The translations under genes and the position numbers were made by a program. Below the pieces are notes generated by a model, which saw nothing but the letters and a program-made list of their open reading frames with translations, ran no database searches and had not been told where the DNA came from. Of a DNA stretch of 64,000 bases, positions 36,001-49,348 are shown in pieces. Position 1 is the first letter of the stretch; every line of letters starts with the position of its first letter. Origin of the DNA: Ascidiella aspersa (taxonomy: Eukaryota); assembly GCA_963924565.1 (NCBI GenBank), contig OZ004610.1, forward strand, positions 25,978,001 to 26,042,000, written 5' to 3'.

Positions 36001-39000
36001 GCGTTTTTGTTGTAACAAAAAGTGCATGGGCATTTCTACAACGATTCTAGTCGGCTACTGTATAACTATAGCACAATGTACGTTCGGAAATATTTCTGTA
36101 AATAATTACGTTGCAAAGGTATCGGCCACTAAAATCACTTTAGAACTCCCGAAAAAATTACGGTTCACGGATGCTAGCTGAAAAAGTTTGTCACCGAATT
36201 TTCGCTCAAAGGCCAACCTTCATAAACTTTGCCCCTTCAGCCTTCGACTTTTTCAGGATGATTTTTTGCACGGGCTTAGTGTCTGGCGGGGAGGGAGATT
36301 CATCAAAAGACTTGTCGTAGCCGCTGCTTTTTCCTGGAAATTTGAAGAGAATTAACTAGAAAATGTTTTTTTCGAAATATAGCGCATTTGAATCGAAGAA
36401 AGAATGGCAGCAACGGTTTCGAACCCTAATTAGTCTGATAAGTTTGCAATTGCTTAAGTTTGCGAATTGATAGTATTTGTGGCTTTAGTAAATATATCAC
36501 TGGAAATATTGCAGTATTTAAATAACTTCAAGTGCCGTATTGAGACCACTTTTTTTATAAATTAGCCTAAAGTAAAACACAGTGACAATTATCAACAAAA
36601 ATAGTTTATCTTTAGATTAAAGCTTGGTTTAAAATTTCAAACCTTTCCAATAAGAGTCGAATATTACAAAATACAACAGTGAAACAAACGCATTCTTAAT
36701 TAAGGTCTTCTTTAATAAACAGTAAGCGTCAAACCTGTAATTTTAGGCGAGAACAGACTAAAAAAACTTTCAAACCCTAAAACTTTGCCTTATACAAATT
36801 TGTCGCAAGGTTTTAAACTAATTTTAAATATTGAACTGAGGCGAAACACATAAAGACAATTGGGGCCGATTACTTTTCTTGTTCTTTTGCTTAATCTTTT
36901 TGGGGATCTTTATTTTCACTTCGTCTTTTTTGTGTTTATGGTGACTTTTCGAACCTGCGCCAAAACATCAACACAGTTATACAAAAAACACACGACGCTG
37001 GAAAAAATGCCATAGAGCTAAAAATTTCAAATTTACAACAAACAAGATAATATTATGGCTTTTAACAAGAATAATTCAATTGGAATTTAATGAAAATATT
37101 TTCTATGACAATCACTTACCAAGTGAAGGGTGTTTTGCAGGTGGTGCTTCGTACGATAATGAGGCTTGTCTTGACGATAAATTCCATTTGTCTCCGTCAC
37201 TTATAAATATTTAATGTTAAAGGTTAAAAAAAATTCTAAGTCCATTTTTATGGATTTGTGCAACATAAAGTATAGCCATTTTATTAAAAAAGTAAATCAA
37301 AAATATATTATTGTTTACCAAAAAATGTCACAAATTTTTAAAAAAATCTTCAAAATTTTTTTATGGATTTTTAAATTTGATCAATTTTCTAACCATACCT
37401 TAAGCTGCACAATTCAAGGACTTTTCTAATAGTTTTAAATGTGCAAAGCTTTTCAAAGCGATTTTTTAAATACCATGTGACAACCCTGTAAGTAAACTTA
37501 CTTTTCAGAATCATCTGATGACAAGCTGTGTGAAGAAGAATCACTTCCACCAGTTTTCGCTGATAAACAAAGTAAAAAAAATGATCAGTGACTGTCTGCA
37601 ATACTGTACAAACAGCTAAAATACCAGGCGTTGCCTTGGCGAATTCAAGTGTTCGTCATTTTTATAAGAAGAATCGAGGAATAAAGTAAAACAAAAATTT
37701 TACAACAGGCCTTTTGCGTTTTTAGCGATGTAAGGTATTTAACTTTTGTTATATATCAATTTAATGATATAGCAACGTGCTTTAGCTGTGGTATTGTCCT
37801 AATTATTATACTTGAGTTTTAATTTTGTTTTTAGTTATTTACATATGTACCACAAGTGTAAAATTTATGAAGTCCTATTCACTATACCTAACCATCTTTA
37901 AGCGCTGCGAAGTCGGAGTCAAGCTCGAGACTAAACGAAGTTAGTTAAATTTAATGAGGAATCGGTTCTTGAGTAACACTAACCGAATCGTCCGACATGC
38001 GCATGCGCAGTACCAAATTTAGAACAGGCCGCAAACTGTAAATTATAAAGGTGGAATAGCATATGGTAGAATATTTTTAACCCTATATTGTGGCCCTGGT
38101 GGGTGGAAAAAAAACACATCACCTGTATGAGAGGATTGCTGTTGTCCACCTTTTTAATGTTATGTAAATATGTGAACTACAGACCGAAAATTCGGAGCCG
38201 TACCCACCACATTTGGCGGGAGTCAGACTCGGGATGATTTTAACAGACTCCACAGTCCTTGTTAGAAGACCAGCACAAACTGGTAATTCGTAAAAAATAC
38301 AGGACGCAGAGTTGGGAGTCGTAGCCGGATTAGGGTCTCGGCAAAATCGCACATTTGTCGAGTTCAATTTTTTGTTAGGCGTCGGACTCTGGTTGATTTT
38401 AACCGACTCCGCAGCCCAAGTTAAAAACGCCAGCATGAACTGTTCATTTAAATCAGGGGTTACCAGCCTTTTTACGATCTCGTAGCACTTGGACGCTCTG
38501 CACTACCACGAGTACCACTTCTTGCAGAACAACTAATTTCATCGAATCATATTTTTATCTATTGTTAGCTTACAACTAGCATTATTTAACGCTATTTGTA
38601 GATTAATCTATAAAACAGTAGATGATATCTATCAAGAGCAATCATTTAGCACAATTAACGCCCACTGTCGCACAGCGTTGTACGACTTTTAACGCAACTT
38701 ATGTGCACCTTGATAACAATTGACATGACCTGTATTTTGAAGATAATGTTACGAAACAATAGGGATAGTTACGTACTAATGAATACCCCTTGGGAATTAT
38801 TTTTGTAAACAAACCAGATAAACAAAATATAAAGTTGTGAATCCAGGTTTTTGTGAAAAAAACGGAAGCTACTCGCGTACCACCTGAAAAACCTTCGCTT
38901 ACCACCAGTGGTACGCGTACCACTAGTTGGGAAACCCTGATTTAAATAGAGTCACTCACACGTTGCATTGAAGTCGATGTCCTGGTCGATGATGAGCGAT

Positions 39001-42000
39001 GTTGAAGAGGAGGCGGGAGAAGGGGTCGGAGGAGGTCGGATCGGAGAAGACTCCTCCTCATGATGCTTATGGAGTCCTCTCAGCTCCAGCTGGAGCATCT
39101 GCTCGGTTTTGGTGGAGACGGCGGCAGCTTCATCCTCTTCGGAAGAGCTCGAATCCTATGTGGGATGAAGAAGGGGAGAATGACACTTAAGATGTTTACA
39201 CATAAATGTGCGCTGAAGTATTTAGTTCGGGAAAAATATTTTTATTCGATTGTATGCACCCTTGTGTTTTCAATTGTTGACCATTTATTGTTATCTCAGT
39301 TGCTTAGCTTCTTATATCGATAAAACGCTAGCAGGTAGGATTACACAAGATGTTCTGTAGAAAGTTTATAGATGTGATAGAACACTTAACTACTAAGTCT
39401 AAAAATAAAAAAGTTGCCTGCACTAACAGAATGTAGCTAGCAATGGTGATATGGTTGTTTCTTAACTCGTTCCCTGTACGACGGTCTCCGAAGGTCGTGA
39501 GTTCGAATCTCACTGCAGGCTAGTTGTTTTTCTAGCCTGACTTACTTGCATAATTGATCAATAGGTTGGGTTAGTCTGCAATGGTTTCCGGTCAGCAGTG
39601 TAAAAGCTGTGAACTGCATAATTTGGCTATTTTTTGCATTTTGCTTTTATCATCTGTTCACTGACAGTGTGTTGTTCGATAGAGCTTGCTCTATTGTTCA
39701 AGAGGCTAATGGAAAATCAACCAAGAATTATTTCGGGCTAATGGAAATCAACCAAGAATTTTTAAGCAACCAAATCCAAGCTAAAAAAGTCTTGCCTGCG
39801 GTGAGATTCGAACTCACAACCTGCGTAATGTAATGTACATATATGCGTTTCAGAGATAGAGTGACATCACCTTTTTATACCAATACTAAAATCCGATTTT
39901 TTAAATATTACTTTTCCCCTCGCTTAAAGCATGTGTAACAAATTTGAAATTGAAAGTTTAATATCCGAACATTTGGTTGTTTCTAAAGAAACACTACGTT
40001 AACTTTTCCTAATAAAATATCGGTCCCAATTTACTGACATCGATGTATATCAGTAGAAAAGGAATATCGGTCGATCGAAATACCGGTCTACCTCTAAAAA
40101 AAGGCATGAGCTTTATAGTTACCGGAATTAAGTGCGCAAACTTCATCATTTCGGCTTCTTCAGCTTCCTTGTTGGCGCGATTTATGACAGCATTGATCGC
40201 GTCGTCCATCGACTTGGGTGAAGCAAACGATAAGTGCTGGAGGAGGGAAATTTGTTTTTCGAGAGTGATCATGCTTGGATTTTCCGCCAGCATATATTCA
40301 AAACTCCATGTCACTTATTATGTATGGTATGTATTACATGGAAAGTTACAGCAACGTAAACTGCATTTGTCCTTCGTGGGCAAAGTGGGATGCAAACGTT
40401 TAGGTTTGGAAGAATATTTATAAAAAATAGATAGATATATACAAGTATACTGAAAAACGTAAAAAAATGGGTTTATTACTTAAAAGATTGTCTAAAATAG
40501 CACAGTGATTTATATCTAAGCAGGGTGCTTTCATTTTTGTGTGGGAACTGTATTTTGTACTATAATAAATTATTTTTCTCGCATAGAACATTTCTTTAAG
40601 CAAAACCACATGTTTTTGTTCAGTGAAGGTTACTTAATGCAGTGGTTCTCAACCGCCGGTCCGCGGGCCGGTGCCGGTGCCGGTCCGCCAAATATGTTAC
40701 AATTTTATATCGTAGTTGCAAAAAGCAAGATGTTAAAAGTTGTCGATCAAATGTAGAACTTCGCCAGTTCCGTAATTTGCTGCATTGTGACGCAACATAG
40801 AGTTAATGGTCTACATTGGACTTCATTGTTCGTCACAATGGTGCAATTATTGTAGTTGGCTACAACTCGTTTTAAGTCTTAAGCTTTAAAACCAGTTGTA
40901 GGTGAAAAACTTCTATAAACCACGTAAAACACGTATGATATCAAAAAGACAGTAGAAAATTGCTTATGAAATTGACGTTTCCATTCTTTGCTTTTAAGTT
41001 GCATATACTTCTGTCGTAATTACATTTTTGCGTTGATTTTGATTTTTGGTCCACCGGTCCGCAAAACTTGTTTTCAAATTTTACCGGTCCGTAAGCTAAA
41101 AAGGTTGAGAACCACTGACTTAATGTAATATAATGAAATGCACAACGCAAAAGACCCTTAAAATATAATGTTTTTTAAAATATAAAAATAAAAAATAAAT
41201 TTATTGTGGCCTAATTATAAGTCAAAAAATATATATTACGTTTAAAGATTGGGATAACAACTCAATTTTTTCCAACACAAAAAAATGTTTTTTAATTTTA
41301 AAACCACATAAGATTACTTAAGGTCGTGTTCCTAAATGACTTAAGTCCAAGTCAATTAACTTGGCCCATTAGACATAAGATTAGAACATGCAAGACTACC
41401 CCAGAGTAGTATTGTTAGTCAATAAATTATATGCACCCCTTCGACCCCATAAGTGGATTGCATATTATCCACATTATTGTAGTTACGAAAATGTGTGAAA
41501 TACAGAGTGTAGAGTCGAAAGAGGACCTTAACCGACTTGGATTTAATTTTCTATCATGCAAATAGTTGTTAAAAGCTTGATATCCAGTGTAATAGACAAA
41601 AGTGTACTAACGCTTTCAGTTTCTTCAACCTTCGGTGGTGAGTGTTCAATTGATGGAATACGGTGGGTGCTTTTAACTTCTGGACTCTGTTTCACTAAAC
41701 AAAGAAGCATCTTTAGTGTTAGGCATGTCTATAGAACAGTGGTTCCCAACCTGGGGTCCACGGACCCCTTGGGGGTCCGTGAGAAAGCTTTTGGGGGTCC
41801 GTGATTACCTTGGTGAATTTTGGGAAAAAAACAAAAGCAATCTTTTAATTTTCATTTCTCTCTTTAAATACACATGTGTCAAGCTCAAGCCCGCGAGAAT
41901 AAATGCATTAAATTAAATTTATGCTGCTGCCTACAGTGTGTTCATTGACCTAACACTACAATACTACATCTGCCACAACGCATGTCGATTCCAGTCAAAT

Positions 42001-45000
42001 CCGGATTGGCTCGTCTATTACGTAATAGAAAGCATGCGGTGCAACAAAAGTTAAATACATATGAGGAATAATGATTAGTCATGAATAATGGTGAACTTTT
42101 AGGTTGAAAATATGCCTATACCGGTACTTGTACGGCTGATTGTGCAGGGGGATTTAAGGGGTTGCAGTGATTTTATTCGTTTGGGTTGGGCACCACTTCT
42201 ACAGCTGTACAACCTTTGTTTTTTGCCAACTTTAACATTAAAAATGCAAAAAAAATTTGCGGTCCGCGCAAATCTTCTGTTACACTTTTGTTGACATTTT
42301 TTCACAGCAACAGGGGACTCGAACTTTGTTACGCGAATCTATAATGTTTTTGCAATATTGCAGTTGTATTGCGTGTCGTCACACTTTTTGAAACACGATA
42401 ACGCAATGAATAATTTTAATGCTTGGCATTATTATTTGCGCTCGACATCAAAGCCTTACAACTGTGGAGTATTTGCCCTCAACACGTTTGTTAATATCAG
42501 CTCGATAAAAATCAATGTGCATAGCACGAGCAATTTGTTGAGTACCCAATGCGATAAGCCTTCTTAAATTACATTTTAATTTTTTTCGCGCTTCGCGCGA
42601 CCCACGACAGATTTCAGTATTTTCAAGTTGTCTCAGTAATATTTCATTGAAATTGCCGAATTGCTTTTCGTAGGGGTCGCAAGGCATAGGAAAATTACCA
42701 AAGGGGGGCGCTGCTGAAAAAAGGTTAAGAACCACTGCACTAATGGGTTTCTGCTCGTAGACAAGCATCACGTGGCAGCGAAAGATTGTTAATACTTATG
42801 CCCATTGTTTATTCAACTTTTATGCCAATGGTGTATTCAACTATTGTTCTTTCGTTCGTTCGTTCGTTTTGTTGTTCTATTTTTTGTTAGTTCTTTCTTT
42901 CTTCAACAACAACACTTTGACACACTACAGTAGTTGAGTAGCATAATTATTACAATAGTAAATAGTATGTTAATTGAGTTTCAGGCAAAATTTAGGTAGG
43001 GGTCCGCAGAATTAATAATTTGTCCAAAGGGGTCCGTGACAACAAAAAGGTTGGGAACCACTGCTATAGAACATACACTAATATAAAATACCAAAGTGCA
43101 GTCACACATTAAACCTTTAGGTTTAAGGTTTTTCTATTTTCAAACCCAATTAAAGGCGTTAAGAAAACAATAACAACAATTTAAGCAGATATTTTGCCCT
43201 GGGAGTGACTTCTTTCAATTTAAGCTATTTTTTCCCAGAAATTTGCTAATACAGCGAAAATACCCTGACTGTGCTGTTACAGTATTTAGGAAAATATGAT
43301 AGAAGGCTTCCAGTGGTTCAAATTTTAAGATAACAACTGTTGCCTTAAAAATAATGCTTAGACCTAACTCTACACAGTAACTTATATTTGTATGAGGATG
43401 CCAACTAGGGAAGTCCGATATTATCAGATCATGGCCAACACACGATGCCGTGGTAGTAACAGTTCTTGTTAGTTACTAGGGTTACTACGGTAATAAAACA
43501 AAACTAGAGATGGCCAGTCAACTTTCAAAAAACGCGAAAAACTTACTTGGCAATTTTGGTTTGGGTTCCTGAACTGGGTCCTTTTTCTTGATGATGGGGT
43601 CCTTGAGAAGCCGGTCTACCTCTTCAATTCTCGAGGTGATTGACACTTTAGGCTTGTTCGACTTGGAGAAGGATCTATCAAGTCGTGGAGTTGAAACTTC
43701 CGGCTTGTGCAAATCAGCGGAACCCATGGCTGACGATTCCTTCTTAAGCGTTTCCGATACAGAAGGTTTCCTGGAAAATATTGGAGAGTCCCATAGGCTG
43801 CGGCTCTGCTCTGCACTCGGACGTGGCTCATTTTTTTGCACTTTTTCGTCGGGGGTGAAAAGTTCGGGCATGCGGACGTTCTTTTGGGACTTGCTGAAGG
43901 CAGCCTTGGGCGTCGATTTCGAAATCTGCTTTTTCTCCATTTTCGCGGCGTGCTGTTGGACCCAGAGAGGCTCGTCACCCTTCTGTGATGGGGTCCCCCT
44001 GCTCGCTGGAGTTTTTGCTGCAAGATAAGCATTTCAATAAATGGCTACCCTTCCGACTGGATGTAACGTTTGAAAAAAAGCTTTTGAGTTTTGACAGTAG
44101 AAGTTTTTTGATTAAAAACAATCTGCTACCAATTGACTTTTAAAAGTTTGTGGTTGTTTGAAAAGGAGTTATGAGTTTTAGGTATAAAAGGTTAATTTTG
44201 ATTAAAAGCAATCTCCTAGCAAATAACATTTAAATAGTTAATGCTGTTTGAAAGAAACAAAAAAAAATGGTGAAGTATTTTTATTTTTTAGTAAAAGTTA
44301 AAAATCTATTCGAAATGCAAATCAATTAATATGACCCCTAAACTTAACTGTCAAAATTTAAAAAAAATACTGTCAAAATGGAAAAAAATGAAAGGATTTT
44401 TTAACAAATATACAGGTCAAGGACTAGCGGCTTAAGGCTATAGCCATTTGGTATTGCAAATTGCATTTTGTATCATAAATAATGCTTCATAATGGGTATA
44501 GCAAAACAAAACATGGGTATAGCAAAACAAAATTGACTACCATGTCCGACTCCGCAACCCTGGTGGATTGTTAATGTATATATAGACAACTTCTTGCCAA
44601 CCTGGCCTTTTGTCCACAGCTTTTGGTGTCCCATAGCTAGTCGAAGGGGTTTTTTGATCGTTTCTTTCAGTTGTGTCCTCGACAGTTGGTGTTGCAAAAG
44701 TCGCAAAACTACTGGCAGCTGTTCCACTCACAACAGGGATATCCTCAGGTCTTGTAAGGTTGCGCAATTCTGGAAAAAACAAAAAAAATTAGTAACTTAA
44801 AAAAAAACAGTAATTTGCATTTTTTTGAAATTTAGTGAGAATTGTAATTGTTCTGAACTAACCAAACAAAATCCTCCTTTTTTAATCAACAATCCAAAAA
44901 GAGAACAAAATAACACTCATCAAAAATAGCTGGCCTACTCTCTAAAATTTCCGTCAGACCTAGAATTATTTTTCACCAATGATTTACCATGATATTCTAA

Positions 45001-48000
45001 TTTATTTGATTAAAAGTTATTTAGCCATCAAACACCAACAAAATTTTATAATAATGCATTACAATACACAACACAACAATTTATTCGCATTCAGTTTTCC
45101 TAACAATTTCCTGGCCTGTTTGGATGACCACAAAATTTATATGTTCGGGCTGTATTGCAATCCTATTATTATGCAACGAGTCTTACTATTACCGGTTTCT
45201 TAACAATAAATTAAGCAAGTTACAATAAAAAACGCAAACTGACGATGGTGTTAATTACCTTCAAAAAATAAAAACTAGTTCCAGTGACTTTCAACCAGTG
45301 TTCCATGGAAAATAAATAAAAATTTAGTGTTATGCCGTGCATCAGTTTAAAATTATCGAGTTATGTTACCCTCAACCAATTTTGGTTGAAAACACTTTCC
45401 AGTCAGGTGAGTGAGTACTGAGTAGAAGCGCCATTGGGGCAAGTGGGTGTCAATCAGCACTTACATGAAGCAAATACAGTAGCATTGCAAAGCGGGCGAG
45501 TGCCAAAACCTGGTGAGGAATTTTTACCTGATGGTTCCATGGCTCCATCGGAGGTGTAGCTACCTCTGTCGTCTTCGTCGGACTCCCGCTTGCCAGCAAT
45601 CGTGAACATTGGACTTCTGCTTCTCTGTTCCACTTCTTGCTGTTTATCAGCTTTTAAATCTAAACAAAACAATATATACATTGCAGTCCTAGTCAGACAA
45701 TAGTAGACCTCTAGACCTTTTGGCTGTGGATCATGCAAATCGTGTCCACCATAGTCAGGGGCGTAGCGTGGGGGGGTGTCTAGGAGTCTTGACACCCCCC
45801 TTTGAAAACTTAGTAAACAATTATCATAAAACTTAAACCGTGATTGCTGCAATGTTACATCGGAAACGTTGCACCTGGCGTTGAAAACACATCGGTGCTT
45901 ATCGCCACAACCACCTAATCACCGCTCGTTATCATTGTTTTATTTGGCATTTCTCCTGTCACGGACTCAAGTAATCTCAAACACGCCTGATAACGAAAAT
46001 ATATTTGATTGTTGAAACGAACATTCTCAACAATGTAGAAAACAGGCGTGTAAGCTACAGAAAACAAGTCGCTCTATTGAATGTTTTCATTAGCCTCAAT
46101 CTCAAAAAAAAGCGCTTGACCGTCGCATTTTAAAGCAAAGATTAAAATGTCGGCGAACTATAGCTTCCCGCTAAACTGATAAAAAATGACCGTCTTACCA
46201 TAACTTAAGTAATAAGCCATGTTTGTGTGGTTTTCTTGAGCAGTTGATTTGGGTTACTGATCATGTGACACAGTGGCGTATCCAGTGGTTTGTGACCCCC
46301 CCTATTTTTGTGAGTGACATATCGTGATTTGTTCGTTTGGGTCAGGGTTTATTAGCAAACTGTCCGAAGAGACAATGGTTTTAATGCAATTGGGTCACGT
46401 GTCTCGAAACTCCGTTTTTGTCTTTTTTTTGGCCGACCGTAAAACGCAGTATATTTTTGCTCTTTCGTTATTTGTTGAGGTTGGCTGATTATATTGTCAA
46501 GTGTGAATTCAACAATTAACAAAGCTAAGACAAACCGTCTTTCTTTTTTCTCGCTTAAACATCGAAGTTAGGTGCAGCTAATGTTCCTCTCTGTTCGCTG
46601 TGTGCTTTAATATTTGATATTGGTTAACAACGGATATTTTTAACTGAAGCAGATTTTTAAAAGGTGGGCGCATTTCAAAGTTGCCCTTTTTCACTAGTTA
46701 ACGCAAAATTATTCTCTATAAGCATATTCTAAGACCACGTGTTTAGTGTGCAGTTGACACAACTTATTCCCTGCAATCACAGCTTGTGTTTTAGCTAACT
46801 TGGCACACAGCTCGGCGCAGATGTCGCGCTAATTGTGGCATAATAACACCCGGGAAAAACGATCTTCGTTTAGTATTGCAGGTGACGAAAGGCGTGCCTG
46901 TAATTCAACGTTAGTCCCGTCCCGTACAAGGAACTTACGAAACTGGGCTGCTGATAGTTTATGATTCTTCCAAAATCAATCACACATATTTTACGGTCTT
47001 GGTTTAGTTTTTCGCCTGGCAGGAGTGTCGATGACGCACCTGTTCGCATTTGCTGGACGTTAGTTGGTTCTGATTCGAATGTTTTATGAGTGACGTCATT
47101 AAAATCACTATTCTATGACGTCACACCAGTCACTGTTTTATGACGCCATTATTCACGAACGCGTTGGACGGAAAATAGGGGAATTCCCTAAGTTGAAAAT
47201 TCGGGACACCCCCCTTTGAAACGGTCACGCTACGTGCCTGACCATAGTATCGCATGTTTGGTTTACAAACAAAATAATAATATCCTAAACCCTGACGGTT
47301 TGTATGTCTGATAGTTTTCTACTTTAAATATCAGTAGGAATGTCCGATACTTTATACTGCTAATTCGGTACTAAATTACAATGTTTTATTACTGTGTTCA
47401 AACAAGAAAAATAAATAAAATAAAAACGTTCAAAAGTTTTTTTGGGGGGGGGAGTTTTAGGCCAAAATATGTTTAGCGAGAAGAGGTTTATTCACTACCT
47501 CCAGTACCTACTATTTTTTTATAAATTTACTATTTTAAGGTAGAATTGATGCATTGGATTGCAAATTACCGCTAAAATACCTACAACTTATACTACCAAT
47601 TGAAATAGGGTATCGGCTCTGACCCAATATTAACAAACATCCCTAAATATCAGTAAATTAATGAACTGATTACTGGACACTTCAAAATCTCACTTTTTTC
47701 TCATATTTTCTTTGTTGGGAATAAATAAATTTAACATCTACAACACACACATACTTTCGGTCGCCTGTAGTATTGAAGGAGAGTAGCTGAAGACATGTTT
47801 CAATTCATGGGAATGTCCGACACTGGGAAACTGGAGGTTGGACTTTTTTGGCCGTGGAAATTTCCCGATTTCCTTGGACAGGCATACGGCATCCATTTGT
47901 TGAATGTAATCAATCAACTCGACGACGGAGATATGATTTTGATTTAAACTCTCTTGCACATCATTCAGGTGTGCGTTGGTGTGACCGCCTGAAAATAAAC

Positions 48001-49028
48001 AATCTCACTTGAGAAAAGCATAAAAATATAAATTTGTGAACACATGCCCATTGCCCATCGCTCGAGTAAACTATCCAAAGCTTTTAGGATATTTAAACGG
48101 CTATATACAAAAAAGAAATATACTTAAAAAACTTGTTATTGGCTACAAAAACATACATCAATCCACTAATAACCCTGGATATATATACAAACTGTCCCTA
48201 AAATACAAGTTCTGCTTGATCACATTTTAGATCTTATTTTAACTTAGTTGATTTTGCTGTTTGAGTATATTAACAGTTGTGTTAAAGCACACACAACAAC
48301 ATAAGACGGTATTTTCCTCAAATGTACAATGAATAGCGGAGTGAAGAACTTGCTCTTATGAGCATTGGTGAAATCTTAATTTAGACATTTAAGGACATCA
48401 ATGACGATTAATTATGACGTCAATGCAGGGAGTAATGCTTGATAAAGGCTACAGTAGCATAAACCAAAGCAATTTCTGTACAACTCAAAGCAGCAATGTT
48501 TTGGCTGTTTTTCTACTTTCCTTTAGACGCACCCCAAAACTCAAATATGCACCCCAATTTTTCTAAATGTTACATTAGCAGGGTTCACTTTTGAGACCAT
48601 TGGTATTTTTTTCGGCCATGCACAAGCAAGATCTGCCACATTTTCCAAATGGGTCTGTTTAAGAACTAATTGAAGTTATTTTTGGTTACACAATGGTTTG
48701 AGACAAGAAAAAAGAAAATCACAGGGATTTACTATGTCTGAATGTTACAATAAGAATTGCAGTTCAGGTCAGAAATTTATTACACAGGGCATTTGTCACA
48801 GTGATTTTTAAGGAACAGGTAATATAGTAGGACTGCACAAAATTTGTTTTAGTTTAACTTACATTGTTCGCTGAAGTCATGGATTGTCCGGCCAAGCTGA
48901 ATAATAATTCGTTCGATCACATCATTCAAAACTTCTAATGTGCTGCTGTGCACCGAATCAAATCCAACCGCTTGACTTAGGTGGGCAACAACAATTCGCA
49001 AGATGCCCCTTGCAAAAACTTCAGCCAT
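30053..49028 (-). CDS. TAF3: Transcription initiation factor TFIID subunit 3 (TAF3), 17 coding exons, 904 aa
   Basis: Exons: 48863-49028, 47755-47988, 45528-45659, 44602-44769, 43547-44017, 41612-41694, 40123-40236, 38960-39155, 37502-37559, 37120-37199, 36874-36954, 36218-36333, 35491-35658, 33902-33960, 33160-33449, 32386-32560, 30053-30176. All GT-AG, phases consistent (2715 nt). N-terminal histone fold MAEVFARGILRIVVAHLSQAVGFDSVHSSTLEVLNDVIER...FPRPKKSNLQFP; central motif SMDDAINAVINRA; K/E-rich region; C-terminal PHD GNQVWICPGCMKPDDGSPMIGCDQCDGWYHWPCVGITQEPPENEEWFCPSC followed by a basic tail. Confidence 0.95.
30324..30677. mobile_element. hAT-like MITE containing a nested second element (~30409-30659) in the last TAF3 intron
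   Basis: Outer ends cagtggtcggcaaac / tatgcaccactt with TSD gcctaaat / gcctaaag; inner ends cagtggcggatt / tatgccacactg. Confidence 0.6.
31319..31565. mobile_element. hAT (Charlie-like) MITE (247 bp)
   Basis: TIRs cagggtggt / accacgctg; perfect 8-bp TSD atataact; subterminal cgcgggcc repeats. Confidence 0.85.
32121..32350. repeat. 80-bp-period minisatellite (three units) within a gtactcg/cgagtac-rich tract that starts near 31670
   Basis: Units start at 32121, 32201 and 32281 (tgtattaaagattagcggtactcg.gtcaaactgagtttttaggata...ccgagtatactcgta). Confidence 0.85.
32977..33140. repeat. 82-bp tandem duplication in a TAF3 intron
   Basis: aataaagtt.ttgtgattaaaaggc...gatttattagattacgttttt.attaaaaaaa.ttggaaataa occurs twice (32977 and 33059). 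Confidence 0.85.
34384..35346 (+). mobile_element. ~960-bp hAT-like non-autonomous element, nested in an older MITE (~34161-35447)
   Basis: Ends cagtggcgtatcc / agtacgccccta; TSD attttaac / atttttac; colinear homology to 46271-47240 (shared blocks such as taagcatattctaagaccacgtgttta and ggcacacagctcggcgcagatg). Confidence 0.8.
37901..38417. mobile_element. MITE of the gctgcggagtcgg / ccgactccgcagc type
   Basis: Ends gcgctgcgaagtcggagtc / ccgactccgcagccc; internal ggagtc/gactcc subrepeats; a related end ccgactccgcaaccctg at about 44546-44562. Confidence 0.6.
38454..38939 (+). mobile_element. hAT-like MITE (486 bp)
   Basis: TIRs caggggttaccagc / gttgggaaaccctg; perfect TSD atttaaat; homologous truncated copy at about 62082-62422. 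Confidence 0.85.
39492..39822. mobile_element. Two inverted tRNA-derived SINE-like heads
   Basis: B-box GTTCGAATC at 39501-39509 (+) and 39805-39813 (-); the 29-nt arms 39492-39520 and 39794-39822 are reverse complements at 27/29; no full cloverleaf. Confidence 0.6.
40640..41117 (+). mobile_element. hAT-like MITE (478 bp)
   Basis: TIRs cagtggttctcaacc / ggttgagaaccactg; perfect TSD acttaatg; same family as 52064-52563. Confidence 0.9.
41737..43063. mobile_element. hAT-like non-autonomous element (1327 bp) with an internal nested element end
   Basis: TIRs cagtggttcccaacct / aggttgggaaccactg; perfect TSD ctatagaa; subterminal ggggtccg repeats; extra TIR end ggttaagaaccactg ending at 42737. 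Confidence 0.88.
45756..47240 (+). mobile_element. Compound hAT-like non-autonomous element (1485 bp)
   Basis: TIRs caggggcgtagcgtg / cacgctacgtgcctg; perfect TSD accatagt; an internal second left end cagtggcgtatcc at 46271 begins the homology to the 34384 element. Confidence 0.88.
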
Positions 49029-49348
49029 TGTTGTTTATGGCATAGTAATTTTTTTATATATGAAAATAGTTAGGGTCTGTCAAAAAACATTTAACTAATT
49101 TATTTAAAATATTCATTAACAGAGAACAAATATAATAACAATTTATTACTTGACCCAATCAAACTTAAACTTGCACCCTTTCCCAAATTATGTTAACAAT
49201 ATAAACTAGAGATAGACCAATGTATAGGTTTACCGATAAATAATAATATCGGCCTATATTTCGTTCTAGCGATATATCGGTATCGGTAAATGTAGGCCGA
49301 TATTTTAGTACAAAAATATGATATAATTTTTTCTGTACAACAAACAAC

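Noticed and set aside
39470-39830. tRNA genes
   Set aside because: Only T-arm/B-box segments are present; no acceptor stem or full cloverleaf could be folded.
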